The notes beneath the pieces are model-generated. The model searched no databases. It had not been told where the DNA came from and saw nothing but the letters and a program-made list of their open reading frames with translations. A stretch of DNA of 64,000 nucleotides from an uncultured bacterium (GTDB lineage Bacteria; Krumholzibacteriota; Krumholzibacteriia; Krumholzibacteriales; Krumholzibacteriaceae). The translations under genes and the position numbers were made by a program. Positions 58,566 through 64,000 of this stretch are shown here, piece after piece. The DNA is taken from assembly GCA_963786935.1 (NCBI GenBank), contig CAWBAN010000001.1, positions 704,001 to 768,000 of the forward strand, read 5' to 3'. The first letter of the stretch is position 1; every line of letters starts with the position of its first letter.

Positions 58566-59722
58566 TGGTCTCGGCGGCGGATGCGGCGGATCGCGCGGGC
58601 GGCGGGAATCGTCTCAGAATCGCGATGATCGGATCGCGGGGATTGCCGCTCGTGTACGGCGGCATCGAGCGGCACGTGGCAGAGATCGGCTCGCGCCTCG
58701 CGGCGCGGGGGCACGAGGTGACCGTGTTCGGGAGACGCCCCTTCAGCGCCGGCGGGGACCATCGGGGGATGCGCATCCGCGTCCTGCCCTCGATTCCGAC
58801 GAAGAATCTCGAGACGGCCTCGAATTCGCTGGCGGCCGCGCTCGGCGCCTTTTTCGGGCCGTACGACATCGTCCATTTCCACGGGGTCGGGCCGTCTCTC
58901 TTCAGCTGGATCACCGCAGCGCGGGGCATGACGACCGTGGCGACGATCCACGCCGGCGACTACCGGCAGTCGAAGTGGGGTCCGGCGGCCCGCTCGCTCC
59001 TGCGTCTGGGGGAGCGGACCGCGGTGCGGGGGACGCACGCGGCGATCGCCGTCTCGCGGATCATGGCCGCCGAGCTCGAGGCGCGGTACGGCTGTCCGGT
59101 CGTCTATATTCCGAACGGAGCCGATCTCCGGGAGGCGCCTCCCTTCGGCCAAGCGGCGGCGCTCGGGCTCGAGAGCGGCCGGTATATCCTCGCCGTCGGC
59201 AGGTTCATCGTCGAGCGCGGATTTCACACCCTGCTCGAGGCGTTCAGGGACGTGCCGACCGATTGCCGCCTCGTCATCGCGGGGGACGCGCGATTCGAGG
59301 AACGCTACGAGCGGCGGCTCAGGGAGATGGCCGATCCGCGCGTCGTATTTCCCGGATACGTCTCGGGTACGCTCCTCGACGAGCTCTACGCGCACTGCGC
59401 GTTTTACGTTCTCCCGTCCACGGTCGAGGGGCTTCCGATCTCGCTCCTCGAGGCGATGAGCTTCTCCCGCCCGGTTCTCGTGAGCGATATCCCGGAGAAC
59501 CTCGAGGTGTCAGGCGGGATCGCCGGAACCTTCTTGCGCGGGAACGCCGCGGATCTTTCCCGCGCGCTCGAGCGGATGCTCGCCATGAACGACGCCGAGC
59601 GCCTGCGCCTGGGGGCGGCCGCCCGGGAGCGGGTCGCGTCGCGATACACATGGGATCGCGTAACCGACGAAGTGGAAGCGCTCTACCGGCGTCTCTCGAA
59701 AGCCCGCGAGGATGTCCGCTGA
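58562..59722 (+). CDS. Glycosyltransferase family 4
   Basis: IGSRG, GGIE, VGRF, EGLPISLLEAM. Confidence 0.9.
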   Translation: MMVSAADAADRAGGGNRLRIAMIGSRGLPLVYGGIERHVAEIGSRLAARGHEVTVFGRRPFSAGGDHRGMRIRVLPSIPTKNLETASNSLAAALGAFFGPYDIVHFHGVGPSLFSWITAARGMTTVATIHAGDYRQSKWGPAARSLLRLGERTAVRGTHAAIAVSRIMAAELEARYGCPVVYIPNGADLREAPPFGQAAALGLESGRYILAVGRFIVERGFHTLLEAFRDVPTDCRLVIAGDARFEERYERRLREMADPRVVFPGYVSGTLLDELYAHCAFYVLPSTVEGLPISLLEAMSFSRPVLVSDIPENLEVSGGIAGTFLRGNAADLSRALERMLAMNDAERLRLGAAARERVASRYTWDRVTDEVEALYRRLSKAREDVR

Positions 59723-59829
59723 TCCGCCGTCGCTTCTTTGCAAAACGGCATTTATATTGACACCCTACATATTTTCTTGTTAGTTAAAGCGGAATCGGGC
59801 ACGCCGCGTGCATTGGGGGAGGGGTCGCT

Positions 59830-60393
59830 ATGGCAGGTTTTCGAGCTTCTTTCGGCTCCGCGGCCGGAACGGCCGGCGCGATCGTTTTGATGTTCGCCGC
59901 GGCGGGGTGCGCCCCGGGCGGGATGGCGGGCGGATCGGCCGGCAAGGCTCCGGCCGGCGGCGGCGCGCGCGCCCCGAAATCGGCCCAGACGGCGCGCGAT
60001 ACCGCGGCCGCCGGGAGCGCGGCGTACCGGGTCGAGGACGAGATGCCCGAAAAGACCCAGCAGCGGCCGGCCGAGCTCGTCGAACGCCTCGAGCCGGTCG
60101 GATCCGACAGCGTCAGCGTTCAGGATATCGCCGGCGATCAGGCGCCGAAGCAGCTCTACGACGTAGGCTACCGGATTCAGGTTTTCGCGTCGGGGGATCG
60201 CGCGGCGGCCGAGAAGGTCAAAGAACGAATCGTCGCGGAAACGGGGATGACCGCGTATATTGAATACGAGGAAGGCCTCTACAAGGTGCGCGCGGGGGAT
60301 TTCGCCGAGCGCAAGGACGCCGCTCAGGCGCGATCGAAGCTCAGCGGAGCGTATCCCGACAGCTGGATCGTGAGAACCACCATCCGCCGATAG
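59830..60393 (+). CDS. SPOR-domain lipoprotein
   Basis: AAAGC lipobox; GYRIQVFAS...YKVRAGDF...SWIV. Confidence 0.82.
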   Translation: MAGFRASFGSAAGTAGAIVLMFAAAGCAPGGMAGGSAGKAPAGGGARAPKSAQTARDTAAAGSAAYRVEDEMPEKTQQRPAELVERLEPVGSDSVSVQDIAGDQAPKQLYDVGYRIQVFASGDRAAAEKVKERIVAETGMTAYIEYEEGLYKVRAGDFAERKDAAQARSKLSGAYPDSWIVRTTIRR

Positions 60394-60430
60394 AGCCGCA
60401 TCACCGAAGGGGAAAGGAGCCGAGCGCGAG

Positions 60431-61451
60431 ATGCCGGAGTTGCGCAAAGACGTCATCACGGGGAGATGGGTGATCATCTCGACGGAGCGCGGCAAGCGTC
60501 CGATCGAGTACAAGATGGAAAAGCGCCCCGCCGTCGGCGGATTCTGCCCGTTCTGCGACGGCAACGAGGACAAAACCCCTCCCGAGGTTCTCGCGTATCG
60601 CAACCCGCAGTCCGCTCCCAACTCGCGGGGATGGAAGGTGCGGGTCGTACCGAACAAGTTCCCGGCGCTTCAGATCGAGGGGGATCTCGACAAGCGCGCC
60701 GAGGGCATCTACGACACGATGCGCGGCGTCGGGGCCCACGAGGTGCTCATCGAGTCGCCGGGACATCTCACCCAGCTGTGCGACCTGTCGAACGAGCACG
60801 TCGAGAGCATCTTCTGGGCGATCCGCGACCGGTGCATCGATCTCAACAAGGATCCGCGCTTCAAGTACATCCTCGTGTTCAAGAATCGGGGGGAGGAGGC
60901 GGGAGCCTCGCTCGAGCATTCGCACATCCAGCTCATCGCGACGCCGATCATCCCGAAGCGCGCGATGGAGGAGCTCGACGGCGCCCAGTTCCACTACAAG
61001 CTCAAGGAACGCTGCATATTCTGCGACATCATCAAGCAGGAAATCGAGACGAAGAAGCGGATCATCTTTATCAACGATTTCTTCATCGCGATCGCCCCGT
61101 ATCGCGGCGCGCTTTCCGTTCGAAACATGGATTCTTCCGATCAAGCACGTATCGGCGTTCGAGAAGACGAGCTCCGAATGGTTCCCGCAGCTCGCCAGTA
61201 TGATGAGGCTCGTGCTCAAGCGGATCGACGAGGTTCTCGACGTTCCGCCGTTCAATTTCATTCTCCATACCGCGCCGTGCAAGACCCCCGATATGGAGTA
61301 CTATCACTGGCATCTCGAGATAATGCCGAAGCTGACCCGCGTGGCGGGATTCGAGTGGGGGAGCGGGTTCTACATCAATCCGACCCCGCCCGAAGACGCG
61401 GCGGAGGCGCTTCGCAACCATTCCGGCAAGACGGATCAAAAAACCACGTAG
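60431..61451 (+). CDS. galT: Galactose-1-phosphate uridylyltransferase family; apparent 1-nt insertion at 61100-61103
   Basis: CPFC, NKFPAL, GASLEHSH, CIFC; continues in a shifted frame AARFPFETW...YHWHLE...AGFEWGSG. Confidence 0.88.
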
Positions 61452-61466
61452 CAAAGGATCAGAGCG

Positions 61467-62971
61467 ATGGCGAAGAGAGATCTGAATCTTGTTCTCGCGA
61501 CGACCGAGATCGTTCCGTTTTCGAAGGTCGGCGGGCTCGCCGACGTCATGGGCGCGCTCCCGGACGAGCTCGAGAAGCTCGGCGCGGCCGCGAGCGTGTT
61601 CACGCCGCTGTATTCGTCCATCGACCGGGCCGCGTACGGCATCAAGCCCGAGGCGGGGCTCCCGACGATCGAGGTGCGGATCGCCGGCGCTCTCGAGCGA
61701 TTCCGCCTCTATTCGTGTTTGAAGCCGCGCACCGGCGTTCGCGTCTATTTTCTCGACAACGACCGGTTCTACGCGCGGAAGGGGATCTATACGGTTCCCG
61801 ACACGGGGAAGGCCTTTCCCGACGAGGATGAACGAACGATCTTCTTCAACCGGGCGGTGCTCGCCGCCGTCAAGGCGCTCGATCTGCATCCCGACATCAT
61901 TCACTGCAACGATTTCCATGCGGGCCTCATTCCCGCGTACCTGAAGATCGATCTTCAGAACGATCCGCATTTCGCCGGGGCGGCGACGGTGTTCAGCATC
62001 CACAACCTCGCCTATCAGGGTCTGTTCGGGCCGGAGTTCATGCAGAAGGCGGGATTCAAGAGCTCCCTGTTCTCCCCGATGAGCCCCTTCGAGTTCTGGG
62101 GCCGCGTGAACATGATGAAGGTCGGGATCGCGTATTCCGACATCATCAGCACGGTGAGCAGGACGTACGCCGAGGAGATCACGAGCACCGAGGAGTTCGG
62201 GTGCGGTCTCGAGGGAGTGCTCCGCTCGCGGAAGGCGGATCTCGTCGGGATCCTGAACGGCATCGACATGGACGTCTGGGATCCGTCGAAAGACGCGCTC
62301 CTCCCGTACCCGTTCACGACGTCGGCGCTCGCCGGCAAGGGGCAGAATCGCGCGGAGCTGCTCAAGGCGTTCGCGCTGCCGCAGACGGGGGCGGGCCCCG
62401 TGATCGGCATGATTTCGCGGCTCGTCGATCAGAAGGGATTCGACATTCTCGCGGACGCGTTCGATCAGCTCATGGCGCTCGGGGTCAATCTCGTCGTCCT
62501 CGGGACCGGGCAGGAGAAGTATCACGAGCTCTACTGGAGCCTCGCGAAGAAATACCCGCGGCAATTCGGCCTCAAGCTGGAGTTCAACGACCGCCTCGCG
62601 CATCTCATCGAGGGGGGAGCGATTTCTTCCTCATGCCGTCGCGGTACGAGCCGTGCGGCCTCAACCAGATGTACAGCCTGCGGTACGGGACGATTCCGAT
62701 CGTGCGCGGAACCGGCGGCCTGCTCGATACGATTTCCGAGATCGACGGAACGGGGGAGTCCGGGAACGGGTTCGTTTTCCGGGAGTATTCCCCGTCCGCG
62801 CTCCTCGACGCGACGCGGCGGGCGGTCGAGTTCTACCGGGACAAAAACGCGATTCGGAAGGTTCGCCGCCGCATCATGCGCGAGGATCATTCGTGGCGGC
62901 GCTCGGCGAAAGAATACGGCGAGCTCTACGAGCGCGCGCGGAGCCTCGCCGGAATGGGGTTGACAAAGTAG
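61467..62971 (+). CDS. glgA: Glycogen synthase; apparent 1-nt deletion at 62612-62617
   Basis: [34 protein letters not shown] and TGGL lie in a shifted frame. Confidence 0.9.
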
Positions 62972-62989
62972 AGAGCCGGTTTTTATACT
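62960..62989 (+). promoter_or_regulatory. Sigma70-type promoter of the tRNA pair, overlapping the glgA 3' end
   Basis: TTGACA-N18-TATACT. Confidence 0.7.
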
Positions 62990-63012
62990 TACTGTTCGAC
63001 AATCGATGAGGG

Positions 63013-63088
<76 letters not shown>

Positions 63089-63097
63089 TTTTCTTGA

Positions 63098-63172
63098 GGC
63101 GGCATAGCCAAGTGGTAAGGCGACGGTCTGCAAAACCGTTATTCACCGGTTCGAATCCGGTTGCCGCCTCCA
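63098..63172 (+). tRNA. tRNA-Cys(GCA)
   Basis: 75-nt cloverleaf, anticodon loop CTGCAAA, GGTTCGAATCC T-arm, encoded CCA. Confidence 0.97.
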
Positions 63173-63224
63173 TTCTATCGCCCGGCGCTCTCCCATCATT
63201 ATGAAGACGGATTCGAGAAGGGGA

Positions 63225-64000
63225 ATGCCTGATGGAGCCGCCGGTGGAGCGGCTCCTGCCGATGCGGCGCGCGCCGCGCGGTGGTCGTGGGTCGGTTTCG
63301 GCCGCCACGCGCTGATCGCGCTGCAGCTCGGACTGCTCCTGATCCTCGTCAGGGCGTTTTCCCTCGAAAATGGGAGTTTCTTCCGGATCTTCGCGCTCGC
63401 TGTCGCCGGTTTCGTCGCGCACGCGCTCCTGCCGGTCCGCCTGCGTCTCGCCTTTTTCGTCCTGCTCTCCTTCGCCGGCATCGCGCTCCTCTTCGGACCC
63501 GCGCAGGGGGCTTGGCTCGTCGGGCTCGGCCTGCTCCTGATCGCCATTGCGCACCTCCCCGTTCGATTTTCGGCCCGGATCGTTCTCATGCTCGGCGCGG
63601 TGGCCGCGCTCGCGCTGCTCCGGAGCGGCGCCGTCGAGGCGCCCTGGGCCTCCGGCATCTGGCCGATCTTCGGCGCGATGTTCATGTTCCGCATGATCGT
63701 GTATCTGTACGATCTGAAGAATCGAACGGCGCCGTTCGGATGGTGGCGGAGCGCGGCGTATTTCTTCATGCTGCCGAACCTCTGCTTCACGCTCTTCCCG
63801 GTCGTCGACTACAAGACCTTCAGTCGCGGATATTACCGGATCGATCGCTTCGTGACGTATCAGACCGGTGTCAACTGGATCTTCCGCGGCCTGATTCAGC
63901 TGATTCTCTATCGCGCCGCGTACCAGTATCTCCCCGCGGATCCGGCGATGATATCGTCGTCCGCCGGCGCCGCGCTCTATTTCGTGCGCCCCTATCTGCT
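63225..64000 (+). CDS. MBOAT-family membrane acyltransferase-like protein (3' partial)
   Basis: Open hydrophobic frame to the window end: MFMFRMIVYLYD...YFFMLPNLCFTLFPVVDY; missing from the ORF track because it has no stop. Confidence 0.65.
   Translation, partial: MPDGAAGGAAPADAARAARWSWVGFGRHALIALQLGLLLILVRAFSLENGSFFRIFALAVAGFVAHALLPVRLRLAFFVLLSFAGIALLFGPAQGAWLVGLGLLLIAIAHLPVRFSARIVLMLGAVAALALLRSGAVEAPWASGIWPIFGAMFMFRMIVYLYDLKNRTAPFGWWRSAAYFFMLPNLCFTLFPVVDYKTFSRGYYRIDRFVTYQTGVNWIFRGLIQLILYRAAYQYLPADPAMISSSAGAALYFVRPYL

Overview
GC-rich bacterial chromosomal window from a diderm, LPS-producing organism; the gene repertoire suggests an FCB-superphylum candidate lineage, which is inference only. 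Left part (1-23 kb): DUF374-lpxK, a metallo-beta-lactamase-fold hydrolase, nadB, a Minf_1886-type protein, a membrane spermidine-synthase-like protein, a Gld-like ABC transporter operon coupled to an AmmeMemoRadiSam system whose proteins carry export signals, several lipoproteins, DUF72 and hsp20-lon. Middle and right (24-60 kb): an LPS core/msbA block, then a ~27 kb Wzx/Wza-type exopolysaccharide locus with unusual accessory enzymes (Pol-beta-type nucleotidyltransferase, two alkaline-phosphatase-superfamily proteins, a thymidylate-kinase-like protein, a radical SAM/SPASM enzyme, a GT2-flippase-GT-C module). Right end: SPOR lipoprotein, galT-glgA, tRNA-Gly/tRNA-Cys and a partial MBOAT gene. 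About seven single-base frameshifts, mostly in G/C runs, look like assembly errors. A candidate sRNA/leader and several sigma54-type promoters are visible. No CRISPR array, rRNA, integrase or transposase was seen. All family assignments come from reading motifs by eye; no database searches were run.
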